DNA from: a virus
Taxonomy: Duplodnaviria > Caudoviricetes
Virus record (IMG/VR): IMGVR_UViG_3300026442_000101
DNA length: 64,000 nt
Strand: one strand, 5' to 3'
The position numbers were made by a program, and so were the translations under genes. The notes beneath the pieces are model-generated. The model had not been told where the DNA came from. It searched no databases and saw only the letters and a program-made list of their open reading frames with translations. Positions 19,112-30,072 of this stretch are shown piece by piece (positions within the stretch are counted from its first letter, which is position 1; each line of letters begins with the position of its first letter).

Positions 19112-20359
19112 TTACAGACGGCCTGGTACGCGGCCTTCCAGGTACGACTTCATGATCTCCGACAGATCACCGTTCTGGGACTGAGGACCTGCGCCCTTGA
19201 TGTCCTTGAGGGTGTACACGCCGTAGTCTTCGATGTCGCGGGTGTAGACGGTGACGGTTTCGAGATCAGGATCGATCACGAACAGCAGCATCATCAAACC
19301 ACCTTCGAACATATCCTGACGGACTGCGAAGTCGTTGAAGCGGCCATTCATCTTCTCTTCCACTTCACGCTGCGTGTCTTTGGTGATAACGCAGATAGAG
19401 GTGGCGTCGCCGATGGACGGCTGGCCAGTCAGCATGGTAGCGATCAGGCCCTTGTTGGCGCGCTGGTGAGCCTTGCGGAAGTAGCCGGATTTGTCAGACA
19501 TGACGGCACGACGGTAAGCGTCGATACGATCCAGGCCAAGCACCAGGTCACGCAGCAGCTCTTTCTCACCGACACGCCATGCACGCCAGCGAGCAGGGGC
19601 GCGGTTGTTCTCACCGACCAGGCTCAGCAGCTCAACCAGAGAGACGGGCTCCATGGCGAGAGTGCGCAGACGGATAGCAACCGGGACAGTGGCTTTGTTA
19701 GCGCCGTCCTGGATGGATACGTCAACGATCTGACCCACGGCGAGGTTACCCACGTCCTGAGCGATCTTGGCGGTGGTGGAGCCGAAGGTGGCGCCGCCGG
19801 AGGTGCCTTTATCGGAGCCGAGCGGATCGCCAGAAGGCAGATCCTTCTCGTTACGAGAACCGCGCGGGTCGTTGGCTTCGGTGGTGTAGTCCGAGTAACG
19901 CTCCAGACCAGCGGCCTCGCCTACGAACGGCAAGCCCAATTGATATGATTCGTTGGAAAGGAAGGACAACGATGCCGCAGTCAGATCACGATCCGGCGCG
20001 AACTTGTCGAGGTACTTCGCAACACGCACCCCGCCGATGGTGTTGTCGGAGGCCACGGTCAGCAAGTAGTACGAGGTGAACAGTCGCTGAGCGACGTTCA
20101 TTACGTCCTTGGTGTACGGCAGGCGCACAGCGCGGGAGTCGATCAAAGCGAACGGCTCGATGCGCACGGACTTGGTTTTGGAAACGTAGTTCTGCCCGGC
20201 GCCGGAGGCCCAAGCGACTTTCAGTGCATCGACGACCTTGTTCAGCGAAGTGTTGACTACGGCATCAGCCGTTCTGTCCACGACCGCTTTAGCGAAGGCT
20301 CCGCCTACAGCTGCACCTGCCGCAACACCTGCGGCTTTGAAGATGGCACCAATGCTCAT
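19112..20359 (-). CDS. Head/inner-body protein (phiKZ gp89-like)
   Basis: 415 aa; LSNE and YTTE sites; divergent from gp88-like gene. Confidence 0.65.
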   Translation of the reverse strand: MSIGAIFKAAGVAAGAAVGGAFAKAVVDRTADAVVNTSLNKVVDALKVAWASGAGQNYVSKTKSVRIEPFALIDSRAVRLPYTKDVMNVAQRLFTSYYLLTVASDNTIGGVRVAKYLDKFAPDRDLTAASLSFLSNESYQLGLPFVGEAAGLERYSDYTTEANDPRGSRNEKDLPSGDPLGSDKGTSGGATFGSTTAKIAQDVGNLAVGQIVDVSIQDGANKATVPVAIRLRTLAMEPVSLVELLSLVGENNRAPARWRAWRVGEKELLRDLVLGLDRIDAYRRAVMSDKSGYFRKAHQRANKGLIATMLTGQPSIGDATSICVITKDTQREVEEKMNGRFNDFAVRQDMFEGGLMMLLFVIDPDLETVTVYTRDIEDYGVYTLKDIKGAGPQSQNGDLSEIMKSYLEGRVPGRL

Positions 20360-20432
20360 CGCGTTACTCCCGAGGTGACATTACCAGAGCTGTTTAATTG
20401 AATACATTGAATAAAGGAAGGTAGGGCTGGGT

Positions 20433-21503
20433 ATGGCCGCAGAAACCGATTTCATTTACTCGCAAATCATGCAACACGTTGCTGAGACAGGAGGACTGGA
20501 TGACCAGTACTCTTTGATGGACAACGTCTCCAGGACGATGGGTGCTGGCGCGGAATACAGTCGCTACAACGACGTCTTCTACGGCATCAACCGGAACCCT
20601 GGGTTGGCTCCTTTGCCATTGCACAGAGAATTGCAAGGCCTTGTGCTGTTCACAAGACCGAATCTCAATTTGTCATACGATAACATCGCGCCTGTACGGC
20701 AGTTGGCGGCACTGATGACTCAGGACCCCGATACCTATCAGTACGCGGTGCGTATGGCACTCGATCCGACCACCTATAAGACAGCTAAGAAGTCTCCGCT
20801 GGTTGACTCGTTCCAACCTTATCTCACCTTGCTGACGAACACGATCGCCACGGCGAGTGCTCCGCCAGACATCGGCCTCAACGCATATTCTTCTCCGGAA
20901 GGTGCTGCGAAGGAGGTGTGGATCATGAACGACTCGATCGCTGAGTACAACGGTCGTTACGACATCACCTGCACCTTCAACAACATTAAGGGCAACGCTG
21001 TGCTGGCCATGCTCCACGCATGGATCATCTATATCGGTGCGTTGAGGGTTGGTCCGATCGTCCCTCACCCGATCCAGCGTAAGCGTAACGAGATGGATTA
21101 CTTCACTCGTATCGAACGCATCAAGCTCGAAGAGAACGGTCGTAAGATCGCGTCGTGGTTCCACTGCGGTGCTGCGTTCCCAACCAACCTTTCTATCGGT
21201 GCAGGCTTTGGCTTTAACCGTGAAGAGGCTACCGAGTTTGAGAACAAGCAGATCTCCGTTCAGTTCGCTTGTGTCGGCGCTGTCTATAATGACCCGATCC
21301 AGTTGATCGAATTCAACTATCGCGTCATGCGCTGGAACCCGAACATGGTCGATGGCGTACGCAATCAGAAGTACACCAAGATCCCACGTCAGTACCTGCT
21401 GGCCACTAACTACAATGGTTACCCATGGATCAACCTTGCGACCCAAGAGCTTGAGTGGTACCTGGATAACGAAACTTACGCGCAGCTCATCAAGGGCCTG
21501 TAA
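20433..21503 (+). CDS. Virion structural protein (gp88-like, possible tube-initiator fold)
   Basis: 356-aa ORF, GLVLFTRPNLNL segment; synteny. Confidence 0.6.
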   Translation: MAAETDFIYSQIMQHVAETGGLDDQYSLMDNVSRTMGAGAEYSRYNDVFYGINRNPGLAPLPLHRELQGLVLFTRPNLNLSYDNIAPVRQLAALMTQDPDTYQYAVRMALDPTTYKTAKKSPLVDSFQPYLTLLTNTIATASAPPDIGLNAYSSPEGAAKEVWIMNDSIAEYNGRYDITCTFNNIKGNAVLAMLHAWIIYIGALRVGPIVPHPIQRKRNEMDYFTRIERIKLEENGRKIASWFHCGAAFPTNLSIGAGFGFNREEATEFENKQISVQFACVGAVYNDPIQLIEFNYRVMRWNPNMVDGVRNQKYTKIPRQYLLATNYNGYPWINLATQELEWYLDNETYAQLIKGL

Positions 21504-21511
21504 CGGAGTGA

Positions 21512-24457
21512 ATGATGGCAACTGAATCCTCGAAGATCATCGAACAGATGTCGATGATCCGCTACGAGCCTACCCGGCTGCTACCTCTGACGATGGGTCT
21601 CGTGGAAGATGCGTTTGATGGGAAAGACATCTTGGTCGACCCGTCAATGCCGTTCCCTTACCTCATCGAGATCAGCGCGACCCTGACCGCTGGTGCGATC
21701 GAAGAAGATCAACTGCTGAACATGCAGCAGTATCCGGTCATGGCTGAAGACGAAGACTCGCTGTTCCGTCACCTGTCTGACAAGAACTTCGTCAACATGT
21801 TTGGTACTCCGGCTGGCTGCTGGTTTGACATCCTCCTCTCTAAGGAAGAGGTTATCGCCAACGCAGTGCAGGTTGGTACCACCGGCACTAAGAAGCTGAC
21901 CCTACCTCGTCACTCACAGATCGTGGTCAACAACCTGGCCTTCACCATGCAGTATCCGATCACGTTCATCGTGAAGAAGCATGGTGGTATCGACGTGGTC
22001 TATGATGGTAGTCAGACCTCGCCGATCCAGGCGCTGGCTGGTAACAAACCTGAATGGGGCACTTACTGGCTGGACACCAAGTCGGCTGGTCGTGTCGAGA
22101 TGATCAGGGTCCGTACGTACGTCAAGCAGATGCAACTGACCTCGTACACCTACAGCCTGACCGGCGCGAAAGCGTTGAAGAAGGCGCTGAACCTCGTCGA
22201 CCAGTTCTACTACGTCCGTGCCTTCAGCCGTAACGCCGGCAAGACTGGGTGGACTGAGATCAAGACCACCAACTCTCAACAGGTGTTCGACCCACTCGAT
22301 CCGACACTGCTCTACAAAGTGATCGACGGTGTGATTACCGTGGAGCTGCCGTACGTCTACTTCGCCACAGCGTTGGCGACTGCTGACATCCGTGTTGACG
22401 TCTATACCTTCAAAGGTCCAGTCAATATGTCGATGTCCGACCTCACCCCTGACGCTTACGTCGTGACGTGGAAGGACTTGGACGAATCGGATAACCGGAT
22501 GTATTCGGCTCCATTGTCGCTGATGACCACCATCAGTATCTTCTCGACCGACATGATCTCTGGCGGCACTAACGCGCCAACGTTTGAAGTCCGTCGTCAA
22601 CGGGTGCTGGATAACGCGGTGGGTGATAACGTCATCCCGATCAGCGACGCTCAGATGGGTACGCAGCTTGAAGAGCTTGGTTTCGACTCCATGGTCAACC
22701 AGGACCTCGTGACCTTCCGCACCTACCTCGCCACTCGGGCTATGCCTGATAGCGAAGGCAGTCTGGCCAGTACCGGTATCGACGCAGCTGTGGTAACGGC
22801 CAAGAAGTCTTTGACCGACATCATTCCGCTGGAAACGGTGATCAACAACCATCCACGGTACACCATCCAACCGGAGACGCTGTATCGCAACATCGACGGG
22901 ACCCTGCGGTTCTGCACCGATGCTGAACGTAAGGCTATCGACGCCTTACGTGGCGATGCGCTGGTTAACACCATCTCCGACGGGACCTATCTGTGGACGC
23001 CTCTGCATTACGTGCTCGACATCTCGGAAGAGGAGTTTGAAGTACGGCCGTATTACCTGAGCGCTCCAAGCTTCGACGTTACCTCGTACGAGGCCAGTAA
23101 CGACACGCTGGGCCTTACGGTAAGCTCTTCGGCAGATCGGACCGTTACTCGGGACAAGGACGGCTACGTCATCCGGGTCAAGTCCAGCTCCAACGCTGCA
23201 TGGAAGGCGCTGCGTGACGATCAGGTGCATGTGCAGCTGGCGTTCATTCCGAAAGGTGAGAGCGACTACGCGTACATCAACGGCGTGCAAATCGCCAAGT
23301 CCGGTGAGCGCTGGTACGAGTTCCGTGTTGCGTCGAACTGGGATCTTGATGAAGAGCACTTCTTGACCACCACCAACTTCAGCATGTACGAGCCGGTCGA
23401 GCGGAACTACCCGGTTCCTCTGAATATCGGCTTCTCGCTGATCTGGTCGGTGTCGGACTATTCGGTAGATGGTGCCGAGAGTACCGAGGTCGATCTGGTA
23501 CTGGGCGATTACCTGCTGCCTGACGATGCTATCGGCGTGTACCACGAACTGCTGTACGTGAACTTCGGTTCCGAGCTGACTGGTCTGTGGGCGCGTTCGC
23601 GTTCGATGATTGGTCTGCGTAAGTACGTGACCTACCCTGCCGATGTGCTGGCCATCTACAAGACCAACGTTATCGACACCGATCCGATGACGCAGCGTCC
23701 GATCATTGAAGATGATCCAGACAATCCTGGCGAGAAGCGTCTAAAGATCAAGCACAAGAAAGGCGATCCTAAGTTCAACGCCGATGGCGTGCGTGAGATC
23801 GAACACCATGCAGGCGATGCGGTTCTTGACGAACATGGTCAGCCTGTAATGGAAGATGAGCGTAACATCATTCGCTGGTGGGACGTCTGTCTGTTTGATG
23901 CGGTCTATCGTTACGCCACCTACGCCAAGGACGTGGAATACACGGCCTCCGTACCGGCTGTATTGGTCGAGTGGATCAACGACACGTTGGGCGCTATTCG
24001 AGCGGACCTGCTCGAGAACACCGACTTGCTGTTCCAACCACGCAACACGATCAAGTACGTCGAGTGTACCGTAGACGACAGCGAGCTCGAAACGCTGCTC
24101 ACTTCGCAGCACCTGACGATCGACCTGTACGTCACGAAGGAAGTCTACAACAACACCGAACTGCGCGCTGCTCTGAAAGCGGCTTCCATTGCGCAGGCTG
24201 TGGCTGGGATGGATAACAATATCGTGGCAGCAGCGAAGATCGAGCGGGCCATTACCGATAACCTCGGCACTGACATCGTCACTGTCGAACTGTCGGGTCT
24301 GGGCGGGCAAGATAAGAACTTCAATGTCGTGCAGCTTAACGACGACTCTTCGCGTCTGGTTATCGCCAAGGCGCTGGAGGAGCAAGCCGATGGCACCTTC
24401 GCCATTGTCGATGCTATTGAAGTCAACTTCAAGCTCCACAGCAAGCGTACGGCATAA
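21512..24457 (+). CDS. Large virion/baseplate protein (gp87-like)
   Basis: 981-aa ORF, GGAG RBS, strong codon bias; synteny. Confidence 0.65.
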   Translation: MMATESSKIIEQMSMIRYEPTRLLPLTMGLVEDAFDGKDILVDPSMPFPYLIEISATLTAGAIEEDQLLNMQQYPVMAEDEDSLFRHLSDKNFVNMFGTPAGCWFDILLSKEEVIANAVQVGTTGTKKLTLPRHSQIVVNNLAFTMQYPITFIVKKHGGIDVVYDGSQTSPIQALAGNKPEWGTYWLDTKSAGRVEMIRVRTYVKQMQLTSYTYSLTGAKALKKALNLVDQFYYVRAFSRNAGKTGWTEIKTTNSQQVFDPLDPTLLYKVIDGVITVELPYVYFATALATADIRVDVYTFKGPVNMSMSDLTPDAYVVTWKDLDESDNRMYSAPLSLMTTISIFSTDMISGGTNAPTFEVRRQRVLDNAVGDNVIPISDAQMGTQLEELGFDSMVNQDLVTFRTYLATRAMPDSEGSLASTGIDAAVVTAKKSLTDIIPLETVINNHPRYTIQPETLYRNIDGTLRFCTDAERKAIDALRGDALVNTISDGTYLWTPLHYVLDISEEEFEVRPYYLSAPSFDVTSYEASNDTLGLTVSSSADRTVTRDKDGYVIRVKSSSNAAWKALRDDQVHVQLAFIPKGESDYAYINGVQIAKSGERWYEFRVASNWDLDEEHFLTTTNFSMYEPVERNYPVPLNIGFSLIWSVSDYSVDGAESTEVDLVLGDYLLPDDAIGVYHELLYVNFGSELTGLWARSRSMIGLRKYVTYPADVLAIYKTNVIDTDPMTQRPIIEDDPDNPGEKRLKIKHKKGDPKFNADGVREIEHHAGDAVLDEHGQPVMEDERNIIRWWDVCLFDAVYRYATYAKDVEYTASVPAVLVEWINDTLGAIRADLLENTDLLFQPRNTIKYVECTVDDSELETLLTSQHLTIDLYVTKEVYNNTELRAALKAASIAQAVAGMDNNIVAAAKIERAITDNLGTDIVTVELSGLGGQDKNFNVVQLNDDSSRLVIAKALEEQADGTFAIVDAIEVNFKLHSKRTA

Positions 24458-24496
24458 AGCCCACACACCTGCCGGGCGACCGGCAGGTGTGTGCTT
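24450..24496. terminator. Bidirectional hairpin terminator
   Basis: 14-bp stem CACACACCTGCCGG/CCGGCAGGTGTGTG (24462-24493) between convergent genes; CGGCATA overlaps the stop codon. Confidence 0.8.
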
Positions 24497-24498
24497 TA

Positions 24499-26322
24499 CT
24501 ATGCTGCGTTCTCGAAATCCTTCTTCGCTTCTTCAAGCCATTCGTCGAACTTCGGCCAGCCGCAGACAGTCTCGATGATCTCGACTGCGTTGACCCTGCC
24601 GCCTGTGAGGTTGATACTTGCCAACCGCTGTTTCTCACGACCAACCCCCTGAATGGAACAGGGTTCGTTCATCGTGGTTTCCTTGGAGAGGTTCTGAATG
24701 ATCTCCGCGGTGGGGTACGTCGTCTCAACGTCGGCGTCGGCGTTGAACATGTGGACTAGGGATTGGACCTCAGGCATGTCGCTGAAGAGGAACAGTCCAG
24801 AGTCGACCACGTTGTGGCTTGGGAACGTAACGATCCAGCCATCCTTGCCCATCAGGAGCTCATCGTTCTCATCCCGCATTTCATCGGAAGTCGAGCAGAT
24901 GATCTTGTTACGCTTCTTCATCACGCTGAACAGCATGTCGATAGCGTTGATGGTAGGCTGGGAGTTGAAGCGGGAGAAGTCGCAAGGGCCTGCCAGAGAG
25001 CTGATCTGGCTGGAAAGGTCGCTGTTCTTCTTATCAAGCACGTACACACCGAGGGAGTCAATGATGTTGTACACGCCGTAACGTACTTTGTACGCCCGTT
25101 GCATGTCCATGTGCCAGTGGATCGTACCGCTCGGGATGGAAGTATCCTCGGTAGGGTATTCGAGCTTACCTACATCGAGCTGACGGTCTAGCACGGCACC
25201 TAAGCCGTATCCGCCAGATTCCTTACCCTTAGCCTTACGCAGCTGCCAATACACCTGCATGGCGTCCTGCATGCGCCATGTGGCGCAGTTCATGATGACG
25301 TTCCAACGTTCCTGAGGATCGAGGCGCATCTCACGACCAGACGACATCTTCTTGGTAGCACTGCCCTCTTTGAGCAGCACCCCGCGATACTCGTAAGGAA
25401 CTCGAGGATCGGACAGAATGTCGGCAGGATCATAGCCGGCGTGCAGGATCGACGCTTCGACTACTTTCGCATCGAAGAATACGTTCCAACCAGTAACGAT
25501 GTCAGGCTGAGTAAAGTGCAGGCGATCGATCATGGCTTTGGTAATGCCGAAGTGATCATCTGCAAATTCTACACGCACTGGGATCTTTTCGATATCATCG
25601 ATCCACGATGCGTATTCGCCCTTCTTGTTACTGAGCTTCTTCCTGATGATCCCAACCCAGTTGCCGATGACTGCCTTGTATTCGTCAAGGACTTGCTCAG
25701 CGTAGTTGGTGATATCGAACGTCCAGTCTTTGTTGACGTAGAGTACGATCTCATCATCAGATACCAGAGACCACAGGATGGGCAGCTGTTGCTTCTTGTC
25801 GAGCAGGCAGTTTACATCGGTCTCGGCGTCGATTACAGCGACGCGGTTTGGACGGAACGCAGTTGGCCAGCGCTGCATGTAGGCGTTCTTCATGAACACC
25901 TCAGGACCTACGTCAAGACCGTAGACGTAAGGACTGCGCGCAATGGTCTTTAACGGGTTGCTTGCTGAGCAGGGAGCCTGACGACCTAAGCGGAAGCAGA
26001 TATCCTGACGCAGACCAATCTGCGGGATCTTGAACATGTCCACCCGACTGATGTCTTCGAACTGAATCTTGTCAGGGTGGGTGCGCAAGTGTTCTTTGGT
26101 GACCCAGTAAGGACGCTTGTAGTCCTCAACGAACCGCATGGTTGGCCAACGTGTGCCATCATCAAGGGTCCAATACTCTTTAATGGATAGCATGTCGTGG
26201 TGCTCGCCACCACGGTGGCGGGTGTAAGTGGCGTGCTTACACTCTTTTGCCACTACACGTTCCTTAGGCAGAGCTCGTAAGAACGCGTCAATCGCGGCTG
26301 GTGAAGTCAAACTTTCCATCAT
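24499..26322 (-). CDS. Split family-B DNA polymerase, exonuclease + motif A subunit (phiKZ gp82-like)
   Basis: ExoI VAVIDAETD, ExoII TGWNVFFD, ExoIII YNIIDS, palm motif A variant DADVETTYPT...NLSKET. Confidence 0.85.
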   Translation of the reverse strand: MMESLTSPAAIDAFLRALPKERVVAKECKHATYTRHRGGEHHDMLSIKEYWTLDDGTRWPTMRFVEDYKRPYWVTKEHLRTHPDKIQFEDISRVDMFKIPQIGLRQDICFRLGRQAPCSASNPLKTIARSPYVYGLDVGPEVFMKNAYMQRWPTAFRPNRVAVIDAETDVNCLLDKKQQLPILWSLVSDDEIVLYVNKDWTFDITNYAEQVLDEYKAVIGNWVGIIRKKLSNKKGEYASWIDDIEKIPVRVEFADDHFGITKAMIDRLHFTQPDIVTGWNVFFDAKVVEASILHAGYDPADILSDPRVPYEYRGVLLKEGSATKKMSSGREMRLDPQERWNVIMNCATWRMQDAMQVYWQLRKAKGKESGGYGLGAVLDRQLDVGKLEYPTEDTSIPSGTIHWHMDMQRAYKVRYGVYNIIDSLGVYVLDKKNSDLSSQISSLAGPCDFSRFNSQPTINAIDMLFSVMKKRNKIICSTSDEMRDENDELLMGKDGWIVTFPSHNVVDSGLFLFSDMPEVQSLVHMFNADADVETTYPTAEIIQNLSKETTMNEPCSIQGVGREKQRLASINLTGGRVNAVEIIETVCGWPKFDEWLEEAKKDFENAA

Positions 26323-26418
26323 GTGCCTCGAATGGTTTTCCTCTAGAGCATATGTTAATCGGGTAACTCTCTACAGCGGCTGGTATGAGTCCTCCGCACG
26401 GTCTATGGAGCCGTAATT

Positions 26419-27711
26419 ATGATCAATCTACAAGAGTCGATGGAAGCGATCGCCTTCCAGAAGAACTCGACATTCTTCAAAGATATCACGTCACTGTTCG
26501 GCCAAGCCATGCGTGCTGAGACCGAGAACGAACTCAACGCCGTGCTGAGCAAGATCACCGCCGATACTCTCGAGATCACCGGGATCTGGATGGAACCTCG
26601 GCAAGTGAATTCGCAAGGCTTCCTCGCGCCGTACGTCGTCAACATCCGCTTGCCGGATCTCAACGTAGTCAGTCCTCTCAATGAGGGTGCTGTAAAGCGG
26701 CTGCGCAAGTTCGACGTTGAAGGCATGCAGATCCAGCAGGTCATCTCCGGCACCATCGACATGAAGACAGGTAAGGTGTCGGGCTTCTTCTCGAAGATCC
26801 GCCACGACTTTGACTTCAGCCGCTCGCTGTTCGATGGACACTTCGAACCTGATGAAGTGGCCGGTCTGTATTTCCATGAAGTAGCCCACGCATGGGTTAA
26901 CTTCAAATACCTTGGCGAGATGATGGCTACCAACGTCGTCCTCGCTGAAGTGGTCGGGCAGATGGACACTCAGGCTACCATCGAGAAGAAGTACGCGGTT
27001 GGTCTTGCTGCGCTTAAACTCGCTGGCGTCGACAAGCGACCACCTCTTGATGTTGACTCTTCCGAGATCACTGCGCTGGTGCTCCAAGGTCAGGTCAGCC
27101 GGATGCAGAAAGAAGCCGACACTCGCTGGTACGACCGTCGCCTGGCCGAGTACCTGTCCGATCAGTGGGCTGCTCGCTGGATGATCGGTTCGGCACTTGC
27201 ACGCGCTCTGGCAAAGCTTGAGCGTAAGAAGGGTATATTTGCCCAGGCAGGCTACGACCCGAAATGGCTGGGGTTGAGCTACAACCTCCTGAACTTGTCG
27301 GGCTTCCCGTTCAAGGCTATCAGTGGTGGTGTTGCCAACCTCGTGACTCAGGGCCTGGCTACCATTGCCAAGGACTTCGCTTGGAGCTTTGGCTTCAACG
27401 TGATCGCTGAGCTGCTCGGTAGCGATACTCACCTTGACGTCACTCAGCGTATCCAGCAGCAGCGTCGTGAGATCGTGACCTTACTCAAAGACCGTGAACT
27501 GCCGAAGGACATCGTCGATACGGCTCTGGCTGAGATCAAGGTCATTGACGAAGAACTCGCCCAGGTTCACCCTTTCTCCGACGTGCTTGGTAAAGTGAGT
27601 CGTTACGTCATTGATCTATTCAATGGCAATAAAAAGATGTCAGACGAACTGGCGAAAGAGGAACTCGCCAATAATCGTTTGTACGAACTCTCCGCAATGC
27701 TCAAAAGGTAG
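26419..27711 (+). CDS. Virion protein with HExxH zincin (M48-like) motif
   Basis: LYFHEVAHAW plus EYLSDQWAAR...ALARALAKL; N-terminal ESME site. Confidence 0.6.
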   Translation: MINLQESMEAIAFQKNSTFFKDITSLFGQAMRAETENELNAVLSKITADTLEITGIWMEPRQVNSQGFLAPYVVNIRLPDLNVVSPLNEGAVKRLRKFDVEGMQIQQVISGTIDMKTGKVSGFFSKIRHDFDFSRSLFDGHFEPDEVAGLYFHEVAHAWVNFKYLGEMMATNVVLAEVVGQMDTQATIEKKYAVGLAALKLAGVDKRPPLDVDSSEITALVLQGQVSRMQKEADTRWYDRRLAEYLSDQWAARWMIGSALARALAKLERKKGIFAQAGYDPKWLGLSYNLLNLSGFPFKAISGGVANLVTQGLATIAKDFAWSFGFNVIAELLGSDTHLDVTQRIQQQRREIVTLLKDRELPKDIVDTALAEIKVIDEELAQVHPFSDVLGKVSRYVIDLFNGNKKMSDELAKEELANNRLYELSAMLKR

Positions 27712-27716
27712 CACTC

Positions 27717-28151
27717 ATGAATCCGATGAAAGTCAGCGAACAGTTTGCCATGCCCGAAGGTACGGGTCTGGAGAAACAGCGCCAATACGTCACCGCCTGC
27801 ATCGGCATGGCTCTGGCCATCCTGGTCCCAGTGCCGACCCAAGAAATCGAGGGGCAGTCCGGCCGCGACTACTTCTTCGCCAACGCCCAGGGTCTGCGCG
27901 ACACCATGTTCAAGGTGAACGAAGTCGTTCCCTTCGACGTGGACCGTGCGCTGGAAAGCGGTTACGCTCTGTGGTCGCGTCGTTACGAGATCGCGCTGAA
28001 GCCTACGCCGAGCGATCTGTTCACCAGCTACGACTTCCGGGTCGTGGTCAGCCAGCACATTCCTGAGCTGAGCGACCTGCCTGTTGACGTAGCTCGCGTT
28101 GGCAGCACGGTAGCCTTCCTGAAGGAATGCACCGAAGTCCCGGCTCAATAA
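27717..28151 (+). CDS. Hypothetical (probable virion) protein
   Basis: 144-aa ORF in operon with head-type genes. Confidence 0.6.
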   Translation: MNPMKVSEQFAMPEGTGLEKQRQYVTACIGMALAILVPVPTQEIEGQSGRDYFFANAQGLRDTMFKVNEVVPFDVDRALESGYALWSRRYEIALKPTPSDLFTSYDFRVVVSQHIPELSDLPVDVARVGSTVAFLKECTEVPAQ

Positions 28152-28179
28152 GCCACCACCTCTGAAGGACGAGAACCAC

Positions 28180-29526
28180 ATGGGCGCCAATTTCGATCTG
28201 GGGTTGCTGTCGTTCGAATCTGCCGAAGTGCCAGGTAACGAAGAGATTCGTGCCGACGCTGCGGTGGGTGACGAAGTCGCTAACCCGATTCACTCGAAAG
28301 AGTTCGATGACATGCAAACTGTCTTCGACACTTACGAGACCATTACCACCCGTCGTTACATCTGCCGTGACGACATGCTGAAGATCAAGGAACTGGCCGG
28401 TAGCTATCCTTCGCTGGAAAAGCTGCTGAAGAAGTTCCCGGTCAACAGCTTCTCTCAGGAGCCGAGTCGCATCAACTATGATGTCTCGACTGAGAGCTTC
28501 ATCAAGTCGGCTTATACAGCGGTTGTGAAGGCCCTGAAGGACATCCTGACTTTCATCGGTGAGAGCCTTCGCAAGTTCTGGGACTTCCTGACCAAGACCG
28601 GTCAGCAGACCGCAGCTGTCGACGGGATGGAAGGTAAGCTGCGCGCCATCCAGACTTATCTGAAGGAAGTCGATGCGATCATGGTAAACACCAAGGTTGC
28701 TGAAGACTACCGGAAGACTCGCGACGCTGCGATGACCAACCAGTACCACAACCTGACCAAGCGTTGGACCAAGTTCCGTCAACTGCACCTGGAGACTCCG
28801 GGTAAGTTCCTGGAAGATCTGAACGCACTGGCCGGTGTCATCACTACCAAGCTGCCGCCCTACATCGATGCGGTCGATACCTTCCTCACCGAAGCCTCCA
28901 AGGCTGAGACTGAGCAGGACATCGAGAACGCGATCGCTAAGATCGAGCTGTTCGACATGGGTAGTCAGCAGCTGCTGCTTCTGGCCACTCGCATGGGCTA
29001 CAGCGCTCGCGACAAGCTGGGCAATGGGGTTACTCCATTCCAGGCTCAAGCCGGTGCTATTCGCGGCACTTACCGCGGCCTGATCAACGAGCGCTGTGCG
29101 ATTGACCGTGAGAAGTACAACACGGCTCTCACTGCCTACGAGATCTCCGCATGGCGCGAAGGTATCGAGAACACCATGTCCTACGTGAAGGGGCGTGTCG
29201 AGCCTACTCTGAAGAAGATCGATGGCTTCAATGCCGACAATCTGAAGCAGGGTCTGGAAGATGCCTACATGAACCGTCTGGTTCCGTCCTTCAAGGCACT
29301 GACCTCGATCCTGGCTGGCTTCACCGCCGTCGAACAGAGCATGGGCCTGCTGACCCACAACCGCAACAACGTATCCCTCGGCATTGCCAAGGCTGCGCTT
29401 GAAGTGGCCAAGAAGATTGACCAGATGGTCGTAGCGAATAAGTCCTCGTTGACTATCGCTGAGCAGAACATCATCTGGCGTCAGCGTTCTGCGCTGTCTG
29501 CATCGTTTGGTGCTGAGCAGGACTAA
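28180..29526 (+). CDS. Processed head protein
   Basis: LSFE and VSTE sites followed by amphipathic helix AVVKALKDILTFIGESLRKFWDFL. Confidence 0.65.
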   Translation: MGANFDLGLLSFESAEVPGNEEIRADAAVGDEVANPIHSKEFDDMQTVFDTYETITTRRYICRDDMLKIKELAGSYPSLEKLLKKFPVNSFSQEPSRINYDVSTESFIKSAYTAVVKALKDILTFIGESLRKFWDFLTKTGQQTAAVDGMEGKLRAIQTYLKEVDAIMVNTKVAEDYRKTRDAAMTNQYHNLTKRWTKFRQLHLETPGKFLEDLNALAGVITTKLPPYIDAVDTFLTEASKAETEQDIENAIAKIELFDMGSQQLLLLATRMGYSARDKLGNGVTPFQAQAGAIRGTYRGLINERCAIDREKYNTALTAYEISAWREGIENTMSYVKGRVEPTLKKIDGFNADNLKQGLEDAYMNRLVPSFKALTSILAGFTAVEQSMGLLTHNRNNVSLGIAKAALEVAKKIDQMVVANKSSLTIAEQNIIWRQRSALSASFGAEQD

Positions 29527-29536
29527 GCGACATAAG

Positions 29537-29565
29537 GGCCGGGGAACTCCCCGGCCTCTATGCTG
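29537..29565. terminator. Hairpin terminator between convergent genes
   Basis: Stem GGCCGGGGA/TCCCCGGCC (29537-29556), TATGCTG variant downstream. Confidence 0.7.
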
Positions 29566-29571
29566 TCTCCG

Positions 29572-30072
29572 TCACTGTGGCTTGGTACCGGCGTCTCGCG
29601 TCGCCCTTGTTTCTGCCGTGATCTGGTCAACGACTTCGTCTTCCTTCTTCCGCGCCTTACGACCTTCCTTGAGAAGACCATCCAGATAATGCCTCGGATA
29701 GTTCATCAACTCGATCAAAGGCGTGTTGGTGATTTCAGGAATACGGCAAGCCATCAACTCGTTCATCAGCAATTGGATCCTACCACCAGTGATTACATCT
29801 TCTGCTGGATGCATCCCAATGATGGCAAGTGGATCGTTATCGCCGTTCAGATCGTGATCGAAGATTCCGTACGTCTGATCGTATTCTTCCATGAATGCGA
29901 GTTGTGAGGTCCAGTCGTCTGCGACCTTCCTTCGCATGATCAGATCGTACAGCGGCGAACCTGGAGCGTAGGGATTGATCCCTTTGCCGAAGTTCACGGT
30001 GGCGACGTGATGGTAGACCTCGCCTTCTGCCGTTAGGCGGACAGCCGCTGGATTCTGTGGCGGAGAAGGGTA
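29572..30072 (-). CDS. Conserved ORF, probable -1 frameshift extension of upstream gene (tail-chaperone GT-like)
   Basis: Open in -1 frame across the T8 run; no SD-supported start (GTG 29997, ATG 29937); C-part PLAIIGMHPAED...LIELMNYPRHYLDGLL resembles chaperone extension domains. Confidence 0.55.
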   Translation of the reverse strand, partial: YPSPPQNPAAVRLTAEGEVYHHVATVNFGKGINPYAPGSPLYDLIMRRKVADDWTSQLAFMEEYDQTYGIFDHDLNGDNDPLAIIGMHPAEDVITGGRIQLLMNELMACRIPEITNTPLIELMNYPRHYLDGLLKEGRKARKKEDEVVDQITAETRATRDAGTKPQ

